64,000 nt of DNA from Eledone cirrhosa (lineage: Eukaryota): contig OZ024740.1 in assembly GCA_964016885.1 (NCBI GenBank), positions 364,498,001 through 364,562,000 on the forward strand. Reading direction: 5' to 3'. Each line of letters opens with the position of its first letter. The stretch's first letter is position 1. The position numbers were made by a program, and so were the translations under genes. The notes under the pieces are model-generated. The model was not told the DNA's origin. It made no database searches and worked only from the letters and a program-made list of their open reading frames with translations. Below, piece after piece: positions 35,741 through 49,990 of the stretch.

Positions 35741-38700
35741 ATTAAATTCGCTATTGGAAGATTATTAACCCATCATTGATTGACCAAAATGCTAATTGGT
35801 TCGTAACTTTTAATAACCGGTTCAACTGCTTTATGCACTTAATTGATAAGCTTATTCGCTTTCAAACCACGTTTACCTGTATGTAACTTTTCATAGCAAA
35901 TGAACAAACCCGAGCAACGCCGGGCTAAACTGCTAGTTTTATTATAAACCCCATCATTTTTGACAGGCACTATGGTGGTATCTCTCTCTCTCTCTTTCTG
36001 TGCTTGAGTGGGGTTTCTTCTCTGAAGACCTTCTGCTGTCCAGCTTGCCTGAAAGTTTCTTACCACTACACACACACATATACAAAGTTGAGGTTAATTT
36101 GTAATCAGATATATGTTAGATTCTAGTACAGATGGAGTGGGTAAGTCAAGATATGTGGTAGATTGTAGTACAGTAGAAAGATGGCATAGGTTATGAGATA
36201 TATGGTAAATTCTAGAATTGAAGAAAGTATAGAGATGGAGGTGGGGGGGGGGTAACTTGAGATAGCTGGAAATCAAAAGAAAGGAAATAGTCCAATGGTA
36301 AGATTGACTTCCTTAACATCTCCACTCCCATAGACACACATTAAGAACAGACTTTCACATTATATATCTCCTCCTCCTTCCAAATAGAGACTAACAATTT
36401 TTTCTTCCATTTTTTTTTCTCAAGCTCCCTGATAATTTGTTCCTTTGCTTGCCATGCATCGTTGAAAAGAGAAGGGGAAAAGAGGTCAGGCTAGTTTCAG
36501 GTTTCCGAGAAGGAGTTAAATACTTTCAACAGGAAGTAAATATATAAAGCTTAGACTATGGAAAGTTGTAAGAAATACTCTGGACTATCTATTACTTGGC
36601 TAAGTTAAAAATATAATTTATTTGGATTTTAACCTTAATTTGGTGGGGTGAGACTCTTAGTTCTTCTTGTCTTAAAAACAAATATCTAACATATCATCAT
36701 CATCATCACAGTTGTTTTCCCCTGCTTGTATGGGTTAGCTGTCCTCTCCACTATAGCATCTCTCTCCCCACTTGTTCCTTTCTTTTGTCATCTCTTCTAA
36801 GAGGTTCAGGTTGTTAAGATTACCTTTCACCACTTCTGTTCAGTTGTACCTCTTCTGTAGCTTCTACAGCTTCAACACCCAAATAAAATAGATATTATGT
36901 CATCTATGGAAATTTAACTTTACCCTGAATTCAAACTGCTTTGTTCAGTCAATAATCCATTGAGACTGAATGTAAGAACCAATTATATATATATCACTGT
37001 TGCCTAGCAAATTAACCCTCTTGATATCAAACTGCCTGAAACGGCAACTGGTTCTACAATACAAAACTATTTGTTTTATCTAAAAGCATTCCACTATGAT
37101 TTTATGTAAGAACCTTTCTGTACCAAACACCAGTTTAATAATAATAATAATAATAATAAAAAGTTATATTACTAAATCCCTCAAAATTCCAGATTGTTTT
37201 CAAAATGATTTTAGAATCCTAGACTGTTTTTATTTGAAATATGGCAAGGAAAGGGTTAATGTTTTTTTTTGTGACTTCTAATTTTTCCTTTTCAAAACAT
37301 TATGGAAGAATTGTTTTCTAATCTTACAGAGAATTCTTGCGATTGTTACACTAACGATTAAGTGATGCTGAATATCATATTTTATAGCCTGTCCTTTAAT
37401 GTAGAGGTTAGGCTGTTGGTGTGTTGGGCTCATGGTCATATTAATTCCAAGTACTACTGAGGAGATTGCGAGATGTGTCTGATACAAATGCATTGTGCTT
37501 ACACTTGATAAAGAGTGTTGTATTTACTGAGTGTGCAGTTAGTTGTGAGAGCCTTTGTAGCGAGCTGGAATGGCTCTTCCAGTGTGTCTCCCTCACCATC
37601 CTCCAGGTAAATGCCTTCTCCATTCTGTTCACTGGGACCGCGAGGCAGCCAATACATCAGCCTCCATTTGCTCATAATACTGAGAGATGGAGAAAGCAGG
37701 GGAGAAAAAGGCAGTCACAGTGGGAGTTTGGTTCTTTTATCTTCGGACCTTGTGTATATGTATATGTTTCACAGACACTCCAAACCTATCACTATACCAC
37801 TGCTATACCACCTCCATCATCAACCACAATTTCTGAAGTCACTTCCTTTCTTAATCTTTCTATCTTTATCTATCTATCTGCCTCTCTATCTATTTTCCCC
37901 TCTCTCTATTTATCTATCTGATTATCTCTCTCTCCATATATCTATCTGAATATAGGAATGAGTTCAGCTTATTACACTAGAACATGGCTGTGTTTGGTAT
38001 AATGATGCAATATGGGATGGTGAGTTTACTGTAGAATGAGTGTGTTGTGTGTCTGATGGGAATATGTTGAGCTTACACTAGGATAAGTCTGTTGTTTAGG
38101 AGGCAGTATGGAGTGGTGTTTTTACTACAGAGTGTATTGTATAGTTTTGATAGCCTGTGTAGTATATCTGATAGGAATATGTTTAGCTTGGTCTATCTTA
38201 TACTGGTATAAGGATGCAGGCTGTAGAAAGAGTGTTTTGTTGGTTGTGACAGTCTATGTAGCTAAGTAGGTAGATAGCTAGGTTAATGTAGAAACCCTAA
38301 GTACATTTGTTTTGTGTTTGTCTTAACTTATTTTTAAAAAGTCACTTTGAAAATCAAATGGTGTGGCTATTTGAGATAGGTGACTGTTTAATACAGAAAT
38401 GGCCATAAGATCTATTAACTAGGTTTTATAAGCTCTTTTATTGAAGTTTTTATATAATTTAAGTAGACTATTTAGTTTGCTATCACTGACAGTTTTTTAT
38501 TTTTTTTTATTTGATGGGATTTTCAATGATTAGTTTTCCTTTCATTTCAACAATGTTGCTTCAGAGAGAATGGAATCAATGGACATCTAACAAAAAGATT
38601 TTTTTTTTCAATAAACAAAATAACTGAATAAAATAAACATATAGGTGTAGGCATGGTTGTGTTGCTAAGAAGTTCACTTCACAACCAGCAATGTCCTTTC

Positions 38701-41700
38701 TGGTTGGTTCATTACCACTGTTTGGAACCTTGGAGGAAGTGTCTTTGTCTATAGTCTTTGGTTGACCAATACCTTGTGAGTAGCATTTAGAATCTAAAGA
38801 CTCTGCGAAACGACCTCTCTAAACACAGAAATTATTTTACTAAATCCCTCCTAATTTTTGATTATATTCAAAGTTATATGAAAATCATAGCAGTGTGATT
38901 TGTTAGAAATATGGTAAGGGTTGGGTTATGGTGAGCTCTGGAAAGCAATATATATGCGTTCTCTCTTCTTCTCTTTACTTTCTTTCTATCTGCTAGTTGT
39001 GCCTGTCTATTTAGGAATACCGGCCAAACTGTCTCTTTTACTTCACATTCTGTGCATTCTTTCCCTTCTCAGCTAATATATTGGACTTTGTTTCCATCTC
39101 CCTTCAGTTGCAACACATTGGTTTGTAGTAAATTTTATTTTATTTTACTTTATTTTTAATTAGTCGAAGACCAATCATCTTGTCTTAAGTCCATTAGTTA
39201 CTGTCCTCTGTGCACTGAAGTACCTCCAGAGGTTGACTGATGAGAAGGAGCTGTTATCCATTTTTCTATTGTCTTCATTCACCTTTTTAAAAATTATATA
39301 TATATAATATACTGTTATATATATATATATATATATATATAACAGTGTTATATTTAATAGTGGACTATTTTCATCATCGTTTAGTCTAATTTTAAGATAA
39401 TTTGTAAAACAGATGTTTCTAGAATAGCATATATAATATTTGTAATCGGGTTTTTTCAATTGATGCTGAAAATTACATTGAAAAATTGAAACTTGGCAAA
39501 AATAGATTCTTTTCTCCAGTATCATGAATATTTAATAATATTCTCATATTTTACAATAACTGATGTTGGAATTAATTTAAAGTAAAAGTGCTATAACAAT
39601 GCCATTTAACCCCTTTCTTACCATATTTCGAATGAAAAAAACACTGCTTATGGTTTTCAAATAATTTTGAAAATAATAAAAGATTTGGAGGGATTTAGTA
39701 ATATAATTAACTTTTCCTGTAGTTGATTGACTTACATCCTAACAATGTTAAAATAATTATCAATAATATACTTTACTTCACAACCCTGTGGTTTTAGGTT
39801 CTATTCCACTCTCTGACACCTTAGGCAAGTGTCTTCTATAACAGCTTTTAGTCAATCAATGCTTTATGAGCAAAATTGATATTGCTGGTCTGTAGAAAGC
39901 CTAACATAAATGTATGTGTGCCAAGTGCCATGAATGCCATAACAATAGAGCTTGTGATCTGTATCAAACTTAGTTTAAAGTATGGGTTGACATCAGTGAG
40001 GGCACCCAATCATAGAAAACCTGCCAGAAAAGATCTCCTCTAACCCATGCAAAGATAAATATATAAAGTATTTATCAACTTCTCATCTAGGAAGATTTGT
40101 TTTCATTTAATTGCTTAATGTTGCTTAACAGGTGCCAAAATATGAACAAATTTTGGTTTTGAATCTCTTCTATAAAGATTTCTATCAAAATTAGAAAATT
40201 TGATAAACAAAATCAAGAGATAGATACAGAAAATAGTAGAAAATGAATTTCTATAGTTGTATTCTGATAGAAATTAAGTGACAAGTGAGGAGAGGAGAGA
40301 GAAAAAATCTATTTAATATTGGTGCGCCATCTCCTATAATGATTCTTTCTAGAAGCTTCCTACTTTGTAATTAATCTTTTCTTTTGTAACTTGAACAAAG
40401 CTCTGCACATTTTCTATGCACGTGTTCTGTGTTTTTCTATGCCTGCTTTTATATCAATGTAGCCCCTTGCTCTTTTAGTACACAGCTTCTGTGTTTGCAT
40501 AGAGAAATTCAAATGGATAATTTACAGATAAGTTAACACAGGGAACATTTGGACTTATGGGGGAAAGTGTTCTTTATTTACACATTACACACAAATGCAC
40601 ACAGCTATAAATGAACTTTATCTTATCCAGGGAAAATCCAGCAGTCGAGCTGTGTGCAATGGGGAAGATATTCCATTATTGATTCCATTAACTCTATTTC
40701 TGATATCAGCCTGTTAAATAGACCCTCTTCCTTTTATTTTCTAATGCTCAGACGGATCTAATCGGAGCACAGTATACATCAGGGCTTTTGTTCAAAGCTT
40801 CTATCAAATGACTTACTTTCTGATGTGTGTGGAATATTTGCTACACTGACTGCTTCACCAATAGATGGGATTTACTGGGAGAATCAGGACATTTTCCAAG
40901 TGCTATAGTTATGTAACGAAATGTAAATACTGCAAAGTGATCAAAACCTTTTAGGAAAATATAATTTTCCGAGTAAACGAGAAGATATTGACTTATTTAG
41001 ATGACATTGAGATATCTTGTTCATCTGATAAGAATGAGAAAGATTTTTCAAAGAGAAATATGTGTGTAATGTGAATGAAGTATTCTGAACTATAAACATA
41101 TAAGCGCATATTTATATGAAACACACACTTCTTTTATGGCCGTGTGGAGTTTTGAAATGAATTACAAATTTTCACCAAATGATGCAAGTGAATCTTATAA
41201 ATTGTTGGAGAATTAGTAGTTATATGAGAGAATTTATATGGCCATTGTTTCAGGTATTTATATTTAGTGTTTAGATAATGCTGTGCTGAGTATTTTTTAT
41301 ATTTGATAGTGGTTAATGAATCAACCAAGACAATGTAGAGAAGGGAGAACCTTTTGGTCTTGTCAAAAACTTGATAACCTCTCTAATGTTGGTACCATGA
41401 TGAAAAAAAAATGCACCTAATGCACACTGAAAAGTGGTTGGTGATCAAAAAGAGATGGATACAATACAGGGTAGTGAATACTCGCAGTCTAACCAAGTCC
41501 ATGACAACTTCCCTAGTACTGGTGCCATGATAAAATGCAGAACACTCTGTAAAGTGGTGGTGGTGATGGTGCCATATTAAATGCACCCATTATAGTATGT
41601 AAAGTGATTTGCATTATAAGGGTATGATTGCCAAAACATCTTGTCTCAGATTGTGACAAGCTGTCCAACCCATGCCAACATGGAAAGCAGTTGTAAAATT

Positions 41701-41849
41701 ATGATTATAATATACTGCACGTGTATGTGTATGTATGTGTTCCTACTTCCTTGTCTAACACTAAGTCCACCACTAATAAGTGTTCTAAGGCCATTTTCCC
41801 TGGCTCTCAGCCCCCCCCCCCCCCACACACACACCATCTTTAACCACAT

Positions 41850-42190
41850 TTTTGGGGGTCATTCTGTTCCTCCATGTTCTTCGACATTCATTCCCATCAT
41901 TCGTCTTTACTATTCATTTTAATCCTTCCACACATGACCCAGCCATCTCATTCCATTTCTCTTCACAACATTCACCACTGGCTCTATTCTTCTCACCCAG
42001 TCACTTTCATTCCTCCTCAACACGTGACCCAACCATCTCATTCCATTTCTCTTCACAACATTCACCACTGGTTCTATTCCTCTCACCCAGTCACTTTCAT
42101 CTTTCCCCAACACATAACCCAGCCATCTTACTACATTTCTCTTCACAGCATTTATCACAGGTTTTATCCCCATTATTCTCTGCAATTCCT
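41850..42190 (-). repeat. Three tandem 90-bp units derived from an RTE C-terminus; a related two-unit copy is at ~54930-55200 (+)
   Basis: Each unit translates as EPVVNVVKRNGMRWLGHVLRRNESDWVRRI. Confidence 0.8.
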
Positions 42191-42843
42191 TGTTTGTCTT
42201 CCTCTATCTCCACTGATACAGTGTAAAAAAAAAAAAAAAAAAAATTGCTCTGATCAACCAAGATCCCAGACCTCACTTGCTTACCAGGTGTGGTGGACCT
42301 CATCAAATCAGACTAAGGAAACAATGTTTCCATTGGTCCATTGCTGATACTATCTACTGGTTGCAACTGCTGGCAGAAGAAGCAATGGGAGATAAAGTGT
42401 CTTGTTCAAGGACACAACACATCACCCAATCCGAGATTTGAACTCACAAACTCACGGTTGTGAATCTAATTCTCTAACCACTAAACCATGCTCTTTCACA
42501 AAATCCATAAAATATCTGAGGAGAGTCGTTTTGCACTTGTCGCTTCCATATTACTTACATTGTTTAAATGTTGCGTCCCATTTCTTGGCACCAAATTTAA
42601 TATAGAATATGGCAAAGATAAGGAATACAACCTGGTTTGATTACAGAGATAATGTATTTTTAGTTCAAGTCTCTGAGTATGACTCAAGTCGAAGGCAGAT
42701 GTTTTAAAAGATCTTACTGCAGGCCATAGAAAATATAACTTGTAGTTCACTCATATATATAATGAAAGAGAGGGGGGGGGGTGAATATAGATATATATAT
42801 GGAAATAAATATACACGGGTGTGTATGATTGTGTATAGAAGAT

Positions 42844-43636
42844 TATATTAATAAAAGGAATTCCAACTTTGATTAACTTGTTTTATTTACAATCCTTTAA
42901 AATTATAATGATATTATAATGAAATAGTATAGTAGAATATTAAATGTTAATTGAACAAGTACTTTCATGCTTTCGCAATCTTCAGGTTCATATTCAGTGG
43001 TGACAGTCAAGTTTGCAATTTTCGACTGTAATGAGATGGCTAAAATTTGTGCCTTATATACAGTAAAAAGCTAAATGAACAATAATAATGCTTAGGGGTA
43101 TTACTCCTACTATGACTACGCCTACGACCATGTCGACTACCACCACTAACAACAACAACAACAACAATAATAATAATAAAAGTGATGTTGATAGTGATGA
43201 TTACTGAAGATTTTTTATAAAAACCCTAGAAAATGCTATTTTCATCATTTCTAAAATTAGCAAAGCAATTAATGCTTTGGATAGGGTCAAATAGAAGTCG
43301 TTAGGCATGCTCAACCAACCGTGACGCCTAAACCAATCAGCTTTAGTAATCTAGTGAAACTACACACCAATTGGTCGAAATACAGTTTGCAAAACTTAGC
43401 ATTCTGTAGCCCCTTTTTATAAGGCACAAATTTTAGCCATCTCATTACAGTCTAAAATTGCAAACTTGACTGTCACCACTGAATATGAACCTGAAGATTG
43501 CAAAAGCATGACAGTACTTGTTCAATTAACATTTAATATTCTACCATACTATTTCATTATAATATCATTATAATTTTAAAGGATTGTAAATAAAACGAGT
43601 TAATCAGACAAAGCTGGAATTCCTTTTATTAATATA
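42844..43636. mobile_element. Penelope-like inverted pLTR pair, ~215-bp arms (42844-43058 / 43418-43636)
   Basis: The arms are reverse complements with few mismatches; each carries a hammerhead motif; TA-rich flanks. Confidence 0.85.
42952..42990 (-). ncRNA. Minimal type I hammerhead ribozyme; the partner copy at 43486-43524 (+) has GAAA>GACA
   Basis: TGAAC-CTGAAGA-T-TGC-GAAA-GCA-T-GAAA-GTAC-TT-GTTCA. 5-bp stem I, GAAA-capped stem II, palindromic GTAC. Confidence 0.8.
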
Positions 43637-45039
43637 TATATATATATATGGATGTATTTATGTATTTACGATCAAGTTAAGGCAATTGATTGTGTCTTTA
43701 TTTCATATAAATTTACACAAAAATATGTGTGTGTATGTATGTGTGTACACACACATGCACGCGCGCATATATAAAAAGGAGCTTGTTAAATTTGAAACTA
43801 TTGATAATTTCTAGGAGTAGTTTACATATATTACAATCATTTCACATATTTTGTTATCTAAGTAAAACGATTATTAGATTTATACACACACACATATGAA
43901 TGTGTGTGTGTATATATAAAAATGTACACACACAAACACGCATATATGTATTATTTTAATCTTGTCATTGCAGGCAGAATGTTAGAGAATAAGTGAAGAC
44001 ACAGCAAAAATGAGATAAATTAGATATTGATCAATGCTATGGGGTATCTAATAATTTTCATTATCAACTATTGACTGGAGAAATTCTAATTATGCATCAC
44101 AACCTCACTGAGTAATACTCTTTCAAATCTTTCTTAGTCTAAATATGAATCCCAGATGAAGTAATACATCTCTCGTGTTACTTGCCAATAAAATGAATGG
44201 ATACAAAAACAATTCTCCATTATTTAATTAGAAAACTGTGTGACTATTCATTATTATTATTATTATTATTGAGCAGATTGAAACTAAAATTCCAAAAGAT
44301 TGCCTTGATTTTTTGCTGCTTACAAAATTCTGTTCGTTTAAATTTTATTTTTTTTTACCTATTAAAATACACTCAGTATATTCTGTAAAATGGTAATTCT
44401 GGTGCCACATAAAATATACCCGATACATTCTGTAAAGTGGTTGAGCTGATGCCACAATAAAATACACCATGCATCTGCAAAATGGTTGTGCTGGCTCCAC
44501 TATAAAATGCACCCATTAAACTCTATAAATTGTTAGTGGTGGGGCCATGATAAAGTACATCCAGTACTCTCTGTAAAGTGATTGCATCTTGCAATAGAAA
44601 CCATGTCGAAATAGAAGGCATGATAAAGAGGTGATCATTTGAACTGTCTAGTCTCAGAACATAAATACTCACCCAAACCAAGCCAATGTACAACATGATG
44701 TAAACTGGCAGTGGTTGTGATGATATATAGGGTTGAGGGGTCACATCAAAGACATGACAATCTCTTTAGTGCTGGTGCTGGCATGCCTGAGAGATCAGTG
44801 TCTCCAATAAAGTACTGATTTGGTCTATGACAATCCATCCAACCCATGCTAGCAAATGTTAAATGCTAAACCTATGGCTTCTAAATGTCTGATCCATGGA
44901 AATTAGCAATTTCTGGCAATAGCAAATTACAAACATAATAAGTGATGAAGAACAAGTCCCGCTTGTGTGACCCTAAAGGACTAGAGAAACACACTCATTA
45001 CTTCATGCATCACTGGCAATTATCTGGGTACAATTGAAG

Positions 45040-45480
45040 GGACAGAATCAGAGTGTAAAATGTAGCCAGTGAGCTGGACTTGAACCATGATGGTATTTGG
45101 AGGATTACCACAGAAGATTTGGATATGCAGAAGATCTGCATGAAGATGGTGCCAAAACTACTGAACGATGACCAGAAGGAACAGTGAATGTAGATGTAAC
45201 AGGGCATCCTTGAGTGTCTTGAAACTGAACCAAACTTGCTGGGGAGAGTCATCACTGGTGGTGAGTCATGGATCTTTTGAGTACCACCTCTGGAAGCTAT
45301 CATTATGGCCATGACAACAGAGCTGTGGAGAATCCCAGGAGGAATGCATGGAGGTGTGGCAGAGAAGGATGGGAAAGTGTGTTAGACTCAAGGGGGATTA
45401 TTTCGAAGAAAACTTATAGATTATATTGGAAATATATTTTTTTTGCGACTTCAGTCCTGTTTCTTTTCTGACATACCTTG
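45040..45480 (+). mobile_element. Internally deleted mariner remnant
   Basis: ITTEDLDMQKICMKMVPKLLNDDQK..RVITGGESWIF joined to WQRRMGKCVRLKGDYFE; 3' TIR-like end followed by TA. Confidence 0.85.
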
Positions 45481-45865
45481 TATATCTGTATCTATCTGTG
45501 TGTGTGTGTGTGTGTGTGTGTGTACATAAATATATACACACTCACATTTATGAAAAGTTTCTACAGTTTCCATCTACTAAGGCATTGGTCACCCCATGAC
45601 TATGGTAGAAGACATATGCCCAAGTGGATTTGCAGAAGGTTTGAGCCTAGAACCATATAGTTACAGAACGAACGTCTTAATCACCCAAATACACTTGTTT
45701 TTTATTATGTTTCCACATAAAAGGAGCCATTTATAAAAGATTTAACATGTGCCTTATGTGCACTAATGCAGTGCACTAATGCAGTGCACTTACAAATACA
45801 ACTATTGTTTGCAATCGTAATATAGTTGTCTCTTTCTCTCTATTGCTTTTATGAATTGGAAGATT

Positions 45866-47289
<1,424 letters not shown>

Positions 47290-48593
47290 CAGGGTGGGGC
47301 ATAATTCCTGTTACAAAGTTTTAAATCAATTTAAAAATACATTATGTTGCTAATATAACTAATATATTTGTATCAAATCCATGCACTATAACCATATTAA
47401 CTATTTTTCAGAACATTACTCCATTAACTATTTGCAATGTCCATAGAATTGAAAAGAAAGTTCATAATAGAGAAGCATGAAAAAGGCCTGACTCCACCCA
47501 AGATATTTAAACTGGGGGAAATTCTTAAGATCAATAGAATGTTGATCAAAAGGACAATCGATCGATTTAAGGAAACTTCCTCGATCAAAGACAGACCTCG
47601 ATCCAGACGCCCTCGCACCTCAAGAACACCAAAACTTGTTAAAAGTGTGAGGGAAAAAATAAGGCGTAATCCAAGAAGGTCCATGAGAAAAATGGCAGAA
47701 GAAGCAGAAACATCGCCGAGAACTATACGGAGGATATGTCGAGATGATCTGGGGATGTCATCCTATAAGTTCCAAAAGAGGCAGCTTCTTTCTGCAGCCA
47801 CAATTGAAAATAGGCTCTCGAGAAGTAAACTGTTATTGGACCGTATCAAGGATGGCACGCTGCAAAACATGACCTTTACAGATGAGAAGTTATTCACTGT
47901 ACAGCAGTCTCACAATCATCAAAATGATCGAGTACTTGCAAAAAGTCTCAAATCAATGCCTTCAAGTGTAGGAAAAGTGTTCAGAACAGGGAAACCAGCA
48001 TCAGTGATGGCTTGGGCAGCCATTTCTGAAAGAGGGAAGTCTCCTCTGATTTTTGTTCCTCAAGGAGTTAAAATTAACAAAGAACTTTGCATAAAGGATA
48101 TTTTGGAAGGAGCACTGATGCCATGGTGCATATCTGTTTATGGCGATGACATTTGGACTCTCCAACAAGATGGAGCGACGAGCCACACTGCTTGCGTAAC
48201 ACAACAGTGGTGTAGAGACCATTGTCCTGCATGGATCAGTAAGGAAGAGTGGCCTCTGACATCACCAGATCTCAACCCTCTCGATTTTTCCTTATGGTCA
48301 ATTCTTGAGAGTGAAGCTTGCTCTACTCCTAGCCAAAATATTGAAACTCTAAAATTAAAACTGAATAAAGTTTGGGAGAAAATACCCATGGAAACTGTTT
48401 GTGCAGCCATCGAAGACTTTCCTAGAAGTCTTCGAGCAGTAGTGAGAGCTAGAGGAAAGCATTTCGAATAAATTTTTGGGCAGTTGTTTAATAGTATATT
48501 ACTTACTATTTGTTGAAGTCAGATCTTGAGATAAATGATTTTTTCAAGAACTATTTGCATTTTATTTTGTAACAGTTTTTATGCCCCACCCTG
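47290..48593 (+). mobile_element. Full-length Tc1/mariner DD37D (maT-type) transposon
   Basis: 28-bp TIRs CAGGGTGGGGCATAA(TTC/AAA)CTGTTACAAA; TA flanks inside a (TA)n tract. Confidence 0.95.
47437..48471 (+). CDS. DD37D transposase, 344 aa, uninterrupted
   Basis: N-terminal HTH region; FTDEK, QQDGA and SPDLNPLD, with 37 residues counted between the second and third Asp. Confidence 0.93.
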   Translation: MSIELKRKFIIEKHEKGLTPPKIFKLGEILKINRMLIKRTIDRFKETSSIKDRPRSRRPRTSRTPKLVKSVREKIRRNPRRSMRKMAEEAETSPRTIRRICRDDLGMSSYKFQKRQLLSAATIENRLSRSKLLLDRIKDGTLQNMTFTDEKLFTVQQSHNHQNDRVLAKSLKSMPSSVGKVFRTGKPASVMAWAAISERGKSPLIFVPQGVKINKELCIKDILEGALMPWCISVYGDDIWTLQQDGATSHTACVTQQWCRDHCPAWISKEEWPLTSPDLNPLDFSLWSILESEACSTPSQNIETLKLKLNKVWEKIPMETVCAAIEDFPRSLRAVVRARGKHFE

Positions 48594-49341
48594 TATATAT
48601 ATGTGTGTATGTATATATATATCCAGGCTGAAACAAATGAGGTTGTGTAGGTGTCACGACAAAAAAACACACAGTCCACGCTGTAATGTGGCCGTGTAGG
48701 TAAGACGGTAAAAACCTCCCAGTTCCACACTGTAAATGTGGTTGGTGTTAGGAAGGGCATCCAGCTGTAGAAAACCCGCCAGACAGTCCTATGCGAGCAA
48801 GACAACCACTCTTGCCTCAAGTGGGAAAACTCCCGTCCAAACCCATGCAAGCGTGGAATATGGACGTTAAACGATGATGATGATGGTGATGGTGGTGGTG
48901 GTGGTGGTGGTGGTGATGATGATGATGATGATGATTATATATATATATATATATATATTATGAATAAAAATAACAGGAGGCTGGACTGTTATTTTATTCA
49001 TAATAATTAACTCCGTATTCGCACCACCAACTACACAAACGAAGATGGGTGAACTGCACTACGTTGAGTACTTTCCATAATATTGCATCAAGATTGACCA
49101 TACGGAATGACCAATTCTATCCGGTGGTGAACCAACAAACCTAAATATATATATATATATACATATATATGTATATATATATATGTATATATATATATGT
49201 ATATATATATGTATACATATATATGTATACATATATATGTATAAAGGTTTACATATATATAAAGTCATAGATATATATGTGTTTTGCAACGGGTCACATT
49301 GTGGCTCAATGAAGAATTAATAAATTAAATAATCAGAGCTC

Positions 49342-49990
49342 TATATCATAAAACATGTCTATAGAATCACTAGATAAAATATATACCATTTCCTCTCCCA
49401 ATTAGCATAATTAACCATATAAAAAATCAATTAGACCAAGCTATAAGAATAAAGGCTCCTATGAAGAAATTTCCAACAAATAACCAAAAGCAGCCCCTTC
49501 ACGGCGATTACGACAGAGTATTTATCGAACATTTCGACAGCATGTATAAAACGACCAGATATACAGTCAACTAAACATAATTAGGTGTAAAATAAACTTG
49601 GAAGAAATGTGTACATATTTAATTACCTCTACCATGGTTTCGTCCGTATTTTAAGACATCCGATAACAGGGGACATCTAGAGCTTCGGATTCACCAGGAG
49701 TTAGCTCAAATTTAGACAATTAATTTTCCAAAGTGATCGCGCCAAGAATACATTGAAAAATGGCTAAGAATTGTGACGTGGCAGCGGTCAAGTTAGAAAA
49801 GATATGATTAGTTGCTTACGGCTAGTAGGTTTATTGCTAGAAAGCGCAGCCCAATACAGCCAAATTGTATTTCAACCTAATGGGAGATTATTACATATAA
49901 AGGTTTACATATATGATTAATTATGCTAATTGGGAGAGGAAACGGTATATATTTTATCTAGTGATTCTATAGACATGTTTTATGATACAT
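49342..49990. mobile_element. Penelope-like composite: ~80-bp inverted arms (49342-49421 / 49910-49990) around a second pLTR with a degenerate hammerhead (49624-49703, -)
   Basis: The arms are visibly inverted. Internal minus-strand CTC-CTGGTGA-ATCCG...CGGAC-GAAA-CCATGG-TA-GAG. Confidence 0.65.

Larger units (their letters stand above)
30865..35936 (+). mobile_element. Internally deleted Helitron carrying a nested RTE
   Basis: 5' end A|TCATTATCTATAAAAGGCAG; 3' hairpin CCCGAGCAACGCCGGG (35909-35924) and CTAG|T (35933-35936). Internal repeats GTAACTTT.ACCCTTT.TTTTCGACATAAAA lie on both sides of the RTE. RepHel remnants present. Confidence 0.82.

Noticed and set aside
39237-39260. CTGATGA as a hammerhead core or C/D box
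   Set aside because: No downstream GAAA or paired helices.
44400-44600. Regularly spaced repeats resembling a CRISPR array (also 18830-19195, 21660-21870, 56360-56680)
   Set aside because: Degenerate tandem units with no unique spacers, no cas genes and a eukaryotic context; most derive from RTE 3' UTR repeats.
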